Source of the DNA: Octopus sinensis
Lineage: Eukaryota
Reading direction: 5' to 3'
DNA length: 64,000 nucleotides
NCBI RefSeq assembly: GCF_006345805.1
Contig: NC_043006.1
Location: forward strand, 101,866,001-101,930,000
Each line of letters opens with the position of its first letter. Within the stretch, counting starts at the first letter, position 1. The translations under genes and the position numbers were made by a program. Of this stretch, positions 52,181 to 64,000 are shown piece after piece. The notes beneath the pieces are model-generated. The model was given only the letters and a program-made list of their open reading frames with translations. It made no database searches and was not told the DNA's origin.

Positions 52181-53304
52181 AGAATCTTAATGTTACATTT
52201 TTGAGATATGATAAACACACAGATAGGTTATAAAGTAACAAAATTTCAAATTGATTTGAATAAGTAGTTGAAGAGATGAAACACAAGTATCTATATGTGT
52301 GTTTGCATTTGAGTGATCTATCCTTCACACTGTAGAGTCACTAAGATTAACTTACTATTCTCTTTTCCCTCTTTTCTTTTGCTTAATTAATTTTTGGATT
52401 TTTCAGTCACGCATTTTTGTGGTTTCATTCAAAATCTGCCAAGCTGTAAAAACTACTGTTGCAGTATTGAAAACTTTTATACTTTATACATAGCCTTCTT
52501 TCACATTAAAGAACTCTTCATATCTCTCTCTCTTTTATTTTTATTTTTTTCTTTGCATTTATTTTTCTCCTACACTTCCACTTTTGCTTCTTCAAAAGCC
52601 CTTAAAGATTGCCAATGCTGGAAACGGCACAAGTTATTGGCAAATTGATCTGGCAACTGTCCACATCTTCTTTTGGCTTGATGTGCACAGACTCTCACAG
52701 GAATAACATGGTCATCACTTTCAGTCAGCATAAAACTTACAACTTACTACCATCTCTAGCAGAAATCTATGACTAATGACCGGTGCCAAGAAGAAGAGTA
52801 ATTTGTGAACTTTGATTTGAAAGTTTTCAGCCTTTGTTGTGTGTATGTTGTGGGTTATATACATTTTTTTTTCTTTCCTCTTCTTATTTTCTTTCCCTAA
52901 CTTCAATTTATCTCTGTCTTTCCTTCTACATTTTATCTTTAACCATGTCTATGCGTGTTTCACATGAAAATCTTCTCAATATTTAAAATAGAATTTTCGT
53001 TTTGATATTTATATATTTGTTTTCAAATCTTACCCTTTAATTTTTTTTCTTAACAGATTTGTTTTAATGTAATGAATTATTTTATTTTATTTTATCTTAT
53101 ATTTTTTTGTTAGATTCCTATTGAATCAATACACTTATATACATCCTCACATGCTTCCACATATATATAACCATGTACACAAATACATACACCACACATT
53201 CAATCAATACGCTCACATACACACCCGCACGCCCACACCTACAAACATATATTTTCATACACCTATACACACTTACATACATAGATGCTTGTGTGGGTGT
53301 CTGT

Positions 53305-53308
53305 ATAC

Positions 53309-53352
<44 letters not shown>

Positions 53353-53446
53353 GTGCGTGTGTGTATATGCTTACTTATGTTTGTATATGTTTACATCTGT
53401 TTATATGTTTACTTACATGTATGTATATATATATGCACATGTATAC

Positions 53447-53514
<68 letters not shown>

Positions 53515-53521
53515 ATGTATG

Positions 53522-53554
<33 letters not shown>

Positions 53555-53564
53555 TATATGTATG

Positions 53565-53597
<33 letters not shown>

Positions 53598-53662
53598 TAT
53601 ATATATATGTATGTATATATATATATATATATATGTATGTATATATATATATATATATGTAT

Positions 53663-53701
<39 letters not shown>

Positions 53702-53820
53702 CATATATACATATATATACATATATATATGCATATATATATATACACATATATATATGCATATATATATATACACATATATATATGCATATATATACAT
53801 ATATACATATATATATATAT

Positions 53821-53868
<48 letters not shown>

Positions 53869-53905
53869 TATATATATATATATATGTATATACATATACA
53901 TATAA
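53305..53905. repeat. Long compound (AT)n microsatellite
   Basis: Directly visible; source of the 200+ aa YIYI ORFs. Confidence 0.97.
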
Positions 53906-53973
53906 TTGTTAAACAGGATGTCAAACATTAAGGCAAGGCAAGTCATATACAATATTATTACAAGGAATTCAAA

Positions 53974-54029
53974 ATCTTACAGCTGTTTCTGGGATATCCT
54001 CGAGTATGGGATATTCCATTATCAGAGAC
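53974..54029 (-). ncRNA. Type I hammerhead ribozyme motif with a G8A core variant (Penelope-like context)
   Basis: Minus strand gtct-CTGATAA-tggaatatcc catactcga ggatatccca-GAAA-CAGCTG-TA^agat. 10 bp stem II with 1 mismatch, palindromic stem III, GUA site. Confidence 0.7.
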
Positions 54030-54208
54030 AAATTGAGGAAAAAATATGACAAGGTATATATCAATAAGATGATGTCATAGATGAAGGGAGTAAAAGAATA
54101 AAGAGATGGAAGGAGTGAAAAAAAAAGAGGCATAAAAGTTCATAGTTTAACTTTCCAAAGTTATAGAAACCAAAGCATGAGTCCTTAGGTGCAATCCTAC
54201 ATACATCC

Positions 54209-54262
<54 letters not shown>

Positions 54263-54263
<1 letters not shown>

Positions 54264-54844
54264 TATTATATTGAGGGCATTACTAAACATAAATGCCACA
54301 CGCTAGGAGGGACTCTTAAAGTCAAAACTACCAAAATAAATAAACACATAGTATCGAATGTGAGGGAATGCAACTCTCGAATTAGTGCAGAAATGCACTT
54401 TTTAATCTTCAGTGCAAGCATAATTCAAGATTTATAACGAATGAGCAAAAATCAACATACCAGATGAACACCCAATGTATCCAGCGTAGCATATAGAAAT
54501 GTTCACCCTTTATACATCTATGTAAAAGGCGAGCTTTTTTGAATTGCATTTCGGTACAACATGTTTATTCGGAATAAAAATTCAGTATTGAATATACTCC
54601 GGTTAAATTTACAATTTAAAAATAGGATAAAATCTTTATAAGAATTTATCAAGTAGTTAGCGTGAAAAACCTCATAAGAGAAAAATCCATCAGTTTTTCT
54701 CTTAAGTATATTTATTTATATTATATTGAGGGCATTACTATACATAAATGCCACACACAAGGAGGGACTCTTAAAGTCAAAACTACCTAGCAAACACCAG
54801 AGCGTAGTTCTGGTGTTTGCTAGGTAGTTTTGACTTTAAGAGTC
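54263..54844. mobile_element. Element with ~70 bp direct repeats and a terminal inverted duplication (Penelope pseudo-LTR-like architecture)
   Basis: atattatattgagggcattact...gactcttaaagtcaaaactacc at about 54263-54332 and 54718-54787, followed by a 36 bp perfect inverted repeat at 54766-54844. Confidence 0.55.
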
Positions 54845-55105
54845 AAACATTTTTTTTGAGAACATTTCTTAGTAGTAAGAGCATAGCGGATCTATTTCTA
54901 GCACAAGGGTTGTCCACATAGTGGTCTTCCCTCTCATATGTATATAATACTATTTACTGAACCTTCAGATTTTAATATGCTAGACCACTGGTGTGTAATT
55001 GATGTTAATTAAATTAATATAAAATTTCTCACTCTCAATTTAAATTTATATATATATATATATCATTATCATTATCATCATCATCGTTTTTATATATATA
55101 TACAC

Positions 55106-55145
<40 letters not shown>

Positions 55146-55339
55146 GCATGTATATATATATATATATATACTACACACACACATATATATTTATATATAT
55201 ATATATGTGTGTGTATATCAAGCCTAATAACATTTATCTGCATCACTGTCTAATTCATGCATATATATATGCACAAACATGTATATATGTGTGTGTATGT
55301 GTTTATATGTGTGTGTGTGTGTGTGTATATGCATATGTG

Positions 55340-55374
<35 letters not shown>

Positions 55375-55624
55375 CGAGAGGGAGAGACATACATGTGGGA
55401 TATAAAAACTGCAAACATTTGCTGAAAAAGATTCACTACAATTGTAGGAGTCAGATATTATAAATAGTTTTTATTGACAGTAAATTCAAAGGTGTGCCAG
55501 CCACCGGCCTCATCAGGCCAGTGTCTTGAACAATGCCAGCCACTGTTGAGACTTGAAAACCACTGTCAATAACTTGATTGATATGTACGTATGTGTATAT
55601 ATATATATATGTATGTGTGTGTGA

Positions 55625-55975
55625 TCACCATCATTTAACGTCTGTTTACCATGCTGGCATGGGTTGGATGATTTGACAGGTGCCAGCATGCCAGAGCACT
55701 CTGCCAGGCTCCAATTGTCTGCTTTGGCATGGTTCCTACAGCTGGATGCTCTTCCTAACACCACCCTCTTTACAGAGTGTACTCTATGCTTTTTACATGG
55801 CACTAGCACTGGTGTTGTTTATGTGGCGTCAGCATCAGCAGGGACACCAAGTAAATTGCAAAACAAAGTTTCCTCAACAAAGAAGGGGGGTAGTATTGAA
55901 TGGGGTGGTTTTGTACCAACCAGGAATTTAAAGTGTAATAGAATGATAGAAAATAGGTGTCTTGCTATAGACGAT
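55625..55975 (-). mobile_element. Retroposon with RTE-type tail and a distinct body shared with 62085-62440
   Basis: catttaacgtctgtttaccatgctggcatgggttgg tail. aaataggtgtcttgctataga is the reverse complement of tctatagcaagactcctatt at about 62128. Confidence 0.7.
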
Positions 55976-56165
55976 GTATATATATTTATATATATAAATA
56001 TATATATATATATATAAGTAGTTGAATGAATTATCCTAGTATGGATAATTCGGTTAACCGATACCCAGGTAGCAAATTCACGTCAGAATAAAGGAATTTT
56101 GTCGAGAATATGTCGAGAATAAAGGAATTTTGTTAAATCGTCGTTTAACTCCATTCTTTCATTTA

Positions 56166-56196
<31 letters not shown>

Positions 56197-57003
56197 ATAA
56201 TCTTTCTCTTTTCTAAAACACTCCCTTCCATTACCCAGCTATAATGTAGTTATCTGTCGCACTCCACTCTCTCCCTATTAATCACTCCTCTATCTCATTC
56301 TTATCTCTCTCCTCCTTTCCATTAGTTTCCTTTCTGTCATCACCTCTATCACTCTCTTCCTTACTCTCTTCTCTTTCAACTCCAACCTCCCTAACCTTCT
56401 CTGATTGTTCTTTCTTCTCTCAGTTTTGTGGAAAGAAAGGAACATACAGAGAGAACACTGGAAACGAGAAACGTCTTTGGTACCAGTCATATAAATGGGG
56501 AGAACACAGAACACAAAGGATTCTTTAGTCATAGTAGAGATGAGCTAACTTCTCTGGTACCAGTGGCACTATGAATTTTAGTCACTACATTATGTAAAGT
56601 GGTTTGTAAGAGGAAGCGCATCCCAGGCTTACCGCTATAGAAACTGTAAGATGTGGCCCCTGCCCCCTCTAGGTCCGTTATTTTGAAAAAGAACTGGCTC
56701 AGACTGTGATGACTCATCCAACCCATGCTTGCCTAGAAAAGTAGATGTTGTGGTGGTGGTGGTGCTTGTGGTGGTACACTATTTAAAATTGTCCCATAAG
56801 ACACAAGCCACTATCATTGTAAATAATAAGTAAAGTGCACAATATTTACTTATTGGACTGTGGTGTATGCACATACATAAGTTTGAATCTTTTTGAGCAC
56901 TACTAAGTGTCTTCTATACTAAGAATCACTGGATCTCATCCGTGGACTACATAAAAAAAACAATGTGTAGAAAAGATACATACATTCAAGAACAAATTCT
57001 TAT

Positions 57004-57266
57004 CATCATCATCATCATCATCATTTAGCGTCCGCTTTCCATGCTCGGTTGGACGGGTCAACTGGGGTCTTTGAAGCTGGAAGGCTTCGTCAGGCCCAGT
57101 CAGATCTGGCAGTGTTTCTACGGCTGGATGCCCTTCCTAACGCCAACCACTCCGCGAGTGTAGTGGGTGTTTTTTACGTGCCACCTGCACACGTAAAAAA
57201 CACCCACTACACTCGCGGAGTGGTTGGCATTAGGAAGGGCATCCAGCCGTAGAAACACTGCCAGAT
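57004..57266 (-). mobile_element. Young RTE-type 3' tail copy with a fold-back duplication
   Basis: (CAT)n tail at 57004. 57104-57180 is inverted at 57190-57266. Confidence 0.92.
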
Positions 57267-57714
57267 AGCAAACCCTTCTAAAAGTAAATGTGCCTCTGAC
57301 ATATAAGAAAGGCAACTAAGACTAACTCAAGTGGTCCTTGATCGGAGAAGTCTGACATTTGAGTGGTTAAACTCAAAAGCTAAAATTCTGCTTGTCTGTT
57401 TAAAATATCCCCTAAAATTTTGGTACAGGTGTACGTATTTGCAGAGATATTTTACTATTGAGCAGGTGACAAATAGAAACTGTTGCTCTTCCCTTTGGCA
57501 GATTTGACATGGAACAGTTGTTGCTCAGCATTTCTTAATTACATTTTATAGTAATTATTGCTGCCATGTGAAGAAAAATGATTATCATTTGCCAATGAAG
57601 AAACATTGATAAAATATGAATGGAAGGCATTTTCAAACTAGCAGTATTGACATCTCTCTAAAGTTACCAACTTTTCTAATGATTATTGTAGCTTTGTTGT
57701 TAATATTTTATATA

Positions 57715-57920
57715 CTGGCAAAATTGTTAGCAAGCCAGACAAAATGCTTAGCAGCATTTCATTTATGTTTACATTCTGAGTTCAAATTCCACTGAAGTTG
57801 ACTTTGCCTTTCATCCTTTTCAGATTGATAAAATATGTACCAGTTGAACACTGGGGTCATTGTAATCAACTTAGTCCCTCTCTCAAAATTGCTAGCCTTA
57901 TGCCAAAATTTTAAACCAAT
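57715..57920 (+). mobile_element. SINE family B
   Basis: ctggcaaaattgttagc...ttctgagttcaaattcc...ctttgcctttcatcc...atgccaaaattttaaaccaat. Confidence 0.88.
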
Positions 57921-58667
57921 ATTTATATGCTAGATTATTACAGAAATGGTTATTTGATTAATTACAAAGCAAGAGAAATCAGATTCCACGCCTGTTTCCT
58001 TGGATGAACTGCAAAGCAGATATGTAGCTCATTTAACCATGTTTCTTCCTATTCAAGTAAGGTCATTTCATTTGAAAACTGTGTTGTGAATCTGGAAATG
58101 TTTAAAATGTATTAATCCAATAAATGAATAACTGCAGCAACACTACAAAGATCATTATCTTTGTTCACATAATTTCTTCTCATGACATTTTTCCATTCTT
58201 ATCAAAAACAACGTTTACTCTTTTATTACTATTAGTATTTATGTTTTACTAGTTCTGACCATACTGGACACTACTATCAATGATGCTCTATCTTAGATTT
58301 TGTCCTTGATATTTGATGAATGAGAGGCTTCAGTAACCTTGCCATCAGTTTTTATCTCTTAAGCTTTCATTTAGGATCTTACACTGTAGAATGTTCCAGT
58401 TTTGCTTGAATGTCTTATATAAACACCATACTGGATTGTTATATTTTATGAGAAAATAATTCCGCAGTTGCAGACTTCCGAACTTGAAGCTATTTCATTA
58501 TTTTAACCTTTTTAATCCAGTGCCTATTTTAGCACATAAGTGTTAACCCATAACCTGTTGATAATGTTGAATGTTGCTCAGTTGGGGAGTTGCTATTACT
58601 TTTTTTTGTCTCTTCTCCCCCAAAATTTGACTGCATTCATACCTGAAAAGGGATCGGCCCTATCGGG

Positions 58668-58891
58668 TTTAACCGTGTTCAAATTATTCTGTCAAATGTA
58701 ATAATTCTTTATTCTCATTGCTTTGAGTTAATCATGCATGATCTTATAGCTCTGAGATTCTGAAGATGTGATTGTTTGTTTTGGGAATGACATTGTAGGT
58801 TAGGTCTGAGAAGCCAAATCTAGCTGGTTAGAACTTAAAACAAGCGGAATATCTGGGCCAGATATGGCCTGTTTAAATGCTAACAGGTTAA
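58668..58891. mobile_element. piggyBac-type MITE (family E)
   Basis: TTAAcc...gtttaaatgctaacaggTTAA with a body matching 10076-10295. Confidence 0.82.
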
Positions 58892-58967
58892 ACTGCCCAA
58901 AACAGCATTTGCTACTTCCCCAGGGTGTAAGGAGCCCCACTAACACTATGCATATAATCACATTATA

Positions 58968-59345
58968 CTTTATCTTTTATCTGTTTCAGTCATCAGACTG
59001 CAGCCATGCTGGGGCATCCCTTTGAAGAACTTTTAGTCAAATGAATCGACCCCATTGCTTATTTTTCTTTTTAAGCCTGGTACTTATATCAGTCTCTTTC
59101 TAGCGAACTGTTAAGTCATGAGGATGTAAGCATACCAACACTGGTTGTCAAGCAGTGATGGTGGACAAACACAAAGACACACATACACAGTGAGCTTCTT
59201 TTAGTTTCCACTTACCAAATCCACTCACAAGGCTTTGGTTGGCCAGAAGCTATAGTAGAAAACACTTACCCAAGGTGCCATGCAATGGGATTGAACCTGG
59301 AACCATGTGGTTACGAAGTAAGCTTCTTACCACACAACCATACTT
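58968..59345 (-). mobile_element. SINE family A, full length
   Basis: Reverse complement of tail, body, CORE-like segment and tRNA head. Confidence 0.9.
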
Positions 59346-59918
59346 AAAATCACAAGTTACATAAAAACCCATCATCTTTCCTCATCTTGCTCATTGTCAG
59401 TCAGTATTTTTTGCCACTCATTGAATAACACTGAAGCTCTTTAATCTTCACCCAGCCTTTCCTCTCTTTCCCCAAATAAGCTCTCTCTCTAAGCTTTTTC
59501 TCTCTTTCCCATTGAAGAGGAAAGCATCAATTAGCTACAGGCATTGCTCTACCTGCTTTTTATTAATCAAAATTAACGAGCAAGTTAATTAATTGTTTGA
59601 TTAATCAGAGAAGATAATCAGTTGTTCAATAAATGCAAAGGATTACCCTCTGGGAAATTCAAGGAAATATTTATTGACAGTAAGTCAGAGAGAAAGTATA
59701 TGGAGTGGGTACAGAAGACATAGGAAAACAGAGAGAGAGAGAGAGTGAGTGAAAGAGAGAGAGAGAGAGAGGGAAAGAGAGAGAGGGAAAGAGAGGGAGA
59801 TACAGAGAGTAAAAGTGAGTTACAGTGATTGAGCAGAAAGTATAAATTAGAAGATTGAATGTGACAACCAGTTGTACGAAATGTTAGGAAAAAATTAAGT
59901 ATGGAAGGAAAGTAGGAT

Positions 59919-60147
59919 ATTAAACCTTGAACGTTCAAACTGGCCATATCTGGCCCAAACATTCTATCTGTTCTATGTTGAAACCAGCCAGATGAAGCCT
60001 CTCACACCTACTTTACAATGTTATTCAAAAAGTAAGCAATCACATTAATGAAATCCCAAAGGTATGAGATAATACTTGATCGCTTCAGAACAATGTGAAT
60101 AAATAAGTATTGCGTTTGGTTATGTAATCTGAATGATAAAGAGTTAA
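59919..60147. mobile_element. piggyBac-type MITE (family E)
   Basis: tggccatatctggcccaaac...ctctcacacct...ctgaatgataaagagTTAA. Confidence 0.82.
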
Positions 60148-60163
60148 AGAAATGAAGAGAAGA

Positions 60164-60317
60164 GGCGCAGGACTGGCTGTGTGGTAAGTAGCTTGCTAAC
60201 CAACCACATGGTTCCGGGTTCAGTCCTACTGTGTGGTATCTTGGGCAAGTGTCTTCTGCTATAGCCCCGTGAGTGGATTTGGTAGACGGAAACTGAAAGA
60301 AGCCTGTCGTATATATG

Positions 60318-60350
<33 letters not shown>

Positions 60351-60580
60351 TTGTGTGTCTGTGTTTGCCCCCCTAGCATTGCTTGACAACCAATGCTGGT
60401 GTGTTTACGTCCCCGTCACTTAGCGGTTCGGCAAAAGAGACCGATAAAATAAGTACTGGGCTTACAAAGAATAAGTTCCGGGGTCGATTTGCTCAACTAA
60501 AGGCCGTGTTCCAGCATGGCCGCAGTCAAATGACTGAAACTAGTAAAAGAGTAAAAAGAGTAAAAGAGAGAGTAAGAGAA
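60164..60580 (+). mobile_element. SINE family A, best-preserved copy (tRNA head, CORE-like domain, internal microsatellite)
   Basis: GGCGCAGGACTGGCTGTGTGG...GGTTCAGTCCT, cttgggcaagtgtcttc (resembles the MIR/CORE motif CCTTGGGCAAGT), many intact CpGs, tail (gtaaaaga)n. Confidence 0.93.
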
Positions 60581-60772
60581 AAGAAATTATTAAGAGTTAA
60601 GCAGGTAACAATCAAATTCACAGCTGTGAAGTTATAGGAACATTGTTAAAGACTCAGGCTTCTTGTTATTTTTAGCATTATGCCCTTAGAAAGAATTGAA
60701 CCTAGTACTGAAAATTAACAAACTGGCCATTACTTTGTATTACAATCCCTCTTCCGAGCGGATGCTGGTTTC

Positions 60773-60803
<31 letters not shown>

Positions 60804-60868
60804 GAAATTACACATGTATCTGTTGTTATACATATAAATTCTATACATAGTTACATCATTTTATATAA

Positions 60869-60902
<34 letters not shown>

Positions 60903-60921
60903 ATATATATTATATATATAT

Positions 60922-61106
60922 ATATACATGTGTGTGTGTGTGTGCATTTATGTGTATATATATACATGTGTGTGTGTGTGTGCATTTATGTATATATATA
61001 TACATGTGTGTGTGTGTGTGCATTTATGTATATATATATATACATGTGTGTGTGTGTGTGCATTTATGTATATATATATACATGTGTGTGTGTGTGTGCA
61101 TTTATG

Positions 61107-61143
<37 letters not shown>

Positions 61144-61145
61144 AT
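60922..61145. repeat. ~39 bp minisatellite built from microsatellites, 5 units plus a partial one
   Basis: Unit tacatgtgtgtgtgtgtgtgcatttatgtatatatata. Confidence 0.92.
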
Positions 61146-61439
61146 ATGATGTATAATTTTATCTGTTGGCTGCGCTGTACGGCTGCAAGTGCTGTGTCAG
61201 ATTAATCAAGTGAACTCTACTTGTATTGTTGCCCTCTTCTCTATATTCAGACAAAAGATAATCAGAGATTTGTTGGTTTTATTCTGTAAGAAGAATAAAA
61301 ATAAAAAAATAATAATAATTTGTTGTGGCATTTCTTTATTCATTCCTCTCTCTCGAAATTTTTTTTTCTTTCCTATTTTTATGTAACTCTTCACTCCATC
61401 TTCAACATCTTTCACATTCAAATAAAAGTAGTAAAATAA

Positions 61440-61470
<31 letters not shown>

Positions 61471-62084
61471 GTTCATGTATGTGTGTATATATGTATAATA
61501 TGTATATATATATATGTGTATGTGTATGTATATATATGTATGCATGTATGTGTGGGAATATGTATGTATATGTATATATGCACATACACACATTTATGCA
61601 CATGTGTATGTATTAGTGTGTGCACGCATGCCTGTGCGTATATGTGTGTGCTAAAAGAACATCTGAAGATCAGAGTTTGCGGAATTTGTGAAAAATCTAT
61701 TTCAGTGAACAGGGTGTGACGAGCATAATAAAATCTTTCACTTTTATATTCTGACGGGTTTTTTAATACAATTCATGTTTTTTTTTTTTTCAGCTTTTGC
61801 TCTGTGTGTGTGTGTGTGTGTGTGTGTGAGGTAGTTTCTATATTTCTAATTATGCATACCCATCTCTTTCTTCTCTCTTTCCTTCCTCTCTATTCATTTC
61901 CCTTTCCATCAATGACTCTCTATATGAAGGTGACAAATTAGCAGTCATTAGAATCTAGATAGATTACTCTACAGAATTTGTTCTGATTCATTCCATTCTG
62001 AGTTCTAACTCTACAGGGATCAACTTTTCTTTCCATCTGTCTCTGTGTCATGACTCTCTTGCTCTCCCTAACCCTATTTCCCTC

Positions 62085-62440
62085 TTTTATCTCCTTTCCT
62101 TTACAACTGGGATAACTATGTATCTTCTCTATAGCAAGACTCCTATTCTCTATCTCTCTATTATACTTTAGCCTCCATCTCTGTTGAAGAGGTCTTTGAC
62201 TTGCAAGTTCCTTGGTGACCTCCTTCCTCCCCACTGATGCTGGTGCCATGTAAAAAGTATTGGTGCTGGTGCCACATGGGAAGTTCCCAGTGCACTCTGT
62301 AAAGTTGTTGATGTTAGGAAGGGCATGCAGCCATGGAAACCATGCGAAAGTAGACCTCAGCAGAATCTTCTGGCTTGACAGCCCCTATCAAATCATCTAA
62401 CCCATGACAGCATGGGAAAACGGACATTAAATGAAGATCA
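62085..62440 (+). mobile_element. Retroposon with RTE-type tail
   Basis: ggtgccatgtaaaaag...gttaggaagggcatgcagcc...cccatgacagcatgggaaaacggacattaaatga. Confidence 0.7.
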
Positions 62441-63652
62441 TGAGGATGATGTTAGAGGATTGGACAGCATGTCTTGCAGTATCTGTTCTGGCTCTGAGTT
62501 AAATTCCTGCCCTCCTTCTTCCCAGTAGTGTCAGTTTTCAGAAGTTGTGATCAACAGAGACTATCAGCAACTTGAAAAATCAATGGGAACACAGTTTCCC
62601 ACATTTGATCGGATGATTGGCCACCACCACCATTTCTCAGTAAATTACATTTATCCTTCATCTCTGCTTGAGTGTTTGTGTGTGAAAGAGAGAGAGAGAG
62701 AGAGTATGTATGTATTCATATGTATACAGTAACACAACAAATATGTTCAGTTCATTTTCTTTACTAAAATGGAAATTAGGTTTTTGGGCCCCTTGGCAGT
62801 GTTCTCCATTTTGCCCTCTACACTCATTCCCCTCTACACTCCCCTCTCACCAACATTTCTGCCTCGTTTACCACCTTTAACCGGGTCATTTTCTTCATCT
62901 TCTTCTTCCTTCTATCGTTATTTCCATCCCTCCTCTCATCCTTCCCCAAGACGTAATTCAGTCATTTTTATCCACTTCACAACTGGCTCAATTCCCAACA
63001 TCCTTTGCAGTTCATTTCTTTGTCATGCTCTTCCAACAATACTTCACTCCATCCCCTGAAATATTTTCATTCTTAACAGCCTTCTCTCCTGCTCTGTGTT
63101 CGTTACCTATGTCTCACTACCATAAATTATAACACTTCTTACACGTGTTATTTCCACCCGTTTTGATCTTGCTTGTTTGTTACACAGTTACCAAGTGTGG
63201 GGAATTATCGTCCTGTCTCTAACTGCATTACTTAATGTAATGGAATGCATTTTATAATGACACAAATAATGAAGATGTAATTTTGTTCATCACAAGATTA
63301 AATGATCCTCTCCCTCCTTTTGCATGTATCTCTGTACTATGTATCTTTGTGTGTATGTGTGTGTGTATTAGATAAAGATAGTTATGGCTGGTCTATGGGG
63401 TTACCCAGAGTTTCACATCCATAAAACACTTGGCTTTACAGCATCTCTTCAGACCCTAATGGCTGGTGGCCTATAACCTCTCTTCAAAGTGGAGGAAGAA
63501 AAGACCTTGGGGCCTGTTGTTGAACACACAGACAATGAAGAAAGGTTAAGTGCAAGGGATTGTCTCCCTTAGACTGTTATCCATAATCGACCTGCTCAGT
63601 TCGTGGGTCCTAGGACTTCAGTAGAACTACACACATGTGATTTTGTATATAT

Positions 63653-63812
63653 ATCATCATCATCATCATTTAACGTCCGTTCTCCATGCTGGCATGGGTT
63701 GGACGGTTCGACCGGGGATCTGGGAAGCCAGGAGGCTGCACCAGGCTCCGGTCTTATCTGGCAATGTTTCTACAGCTGGATGTTCTTCCTAATGCCACCC
63801 ACACCGTGAGTG
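63653..63812 (-). mobile_element. RTE-type 3' tail copy
   Basis: (CAT)n ttaacgtccgttctccatgctggcatgggttggacgg...cttcctaatgcca. Confidence 0.88.
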
Positions 63813-63853
<41 letters not shown>

Positions 63854-64000
63854 TTGTATACATGTATATACACACACTACATTTATGGTTAGATCATGTG
63901 ATTAATATCCCTCAGCTTACAGTTCATGTACCCAAACAGTGGTACATTTACTGTGATTGATGATAGTGATATTCAATACATTGGTTTCAAATTTTGATAA

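Noticed and set aside
52598-52706. Possible next exon PLKIANAGNGTSYWQIDLATVHIFFWLDVHRLSQE*
   Set aside because: Weak acceptor, in-frame stop, no convincing donor and no recognised homology.
53121-53952. Long ORFs of up to 263 aa, likewise at 3544-4314, 16655-17444, 17766-18377 and 36107-36598
   Set aside because: YI/CV/HT dipeptide runs from microsatellites that lack stop codons; not genes.
55485-55522. Minus-strand CTGATGA followed by a ggcc/ggct hairpin
   Set aside because: The GAAA core is absent, so a hammerhead cannot be supported.
61660-61700. CTGAAGA...GAAA spacing (also minus strand at 63405-63455)
   Set aside because: Weak stem II and no stem I/III pairing; chance match.

Overview
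AT-rich, microsatellite-dense animal DNA. The repeat families point to an octopus or other coleoid cephalopod genome (inference). The only well-supported host coding sequence is one + strand exon (43011-43281, AG/GT bounded) encoding the N-terminus of a type II membrane protein. The rest is intronic or intergenic and packed with mobile elements: a decayed mariner with its 5' TIR, RTE and CRE-like LINE remnants, three tRNA-derived SINE families, TTAA-flanked piggyBac-type MITEs, hAT-type MITEs, two non-autonomous Helitrons (one nested in a SINE) and Penelope-like fragments carrying minimal hammerhead ribozyme motifs. The most notable observations are the hammerheads (two unrelated copies share a G8A core change), two near-perfect fold-back hairpins, a cluster of splice acceptors opening short phase-1 C-terminal peptides, three AG|GT recursive-splice-like sites, and a PHD-like Cys/His insert in an RTE ORF2. 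Most long ORFs in the supplied track are microsatellite artefacts. Boundaries of degenerate repeat copies are approximate.
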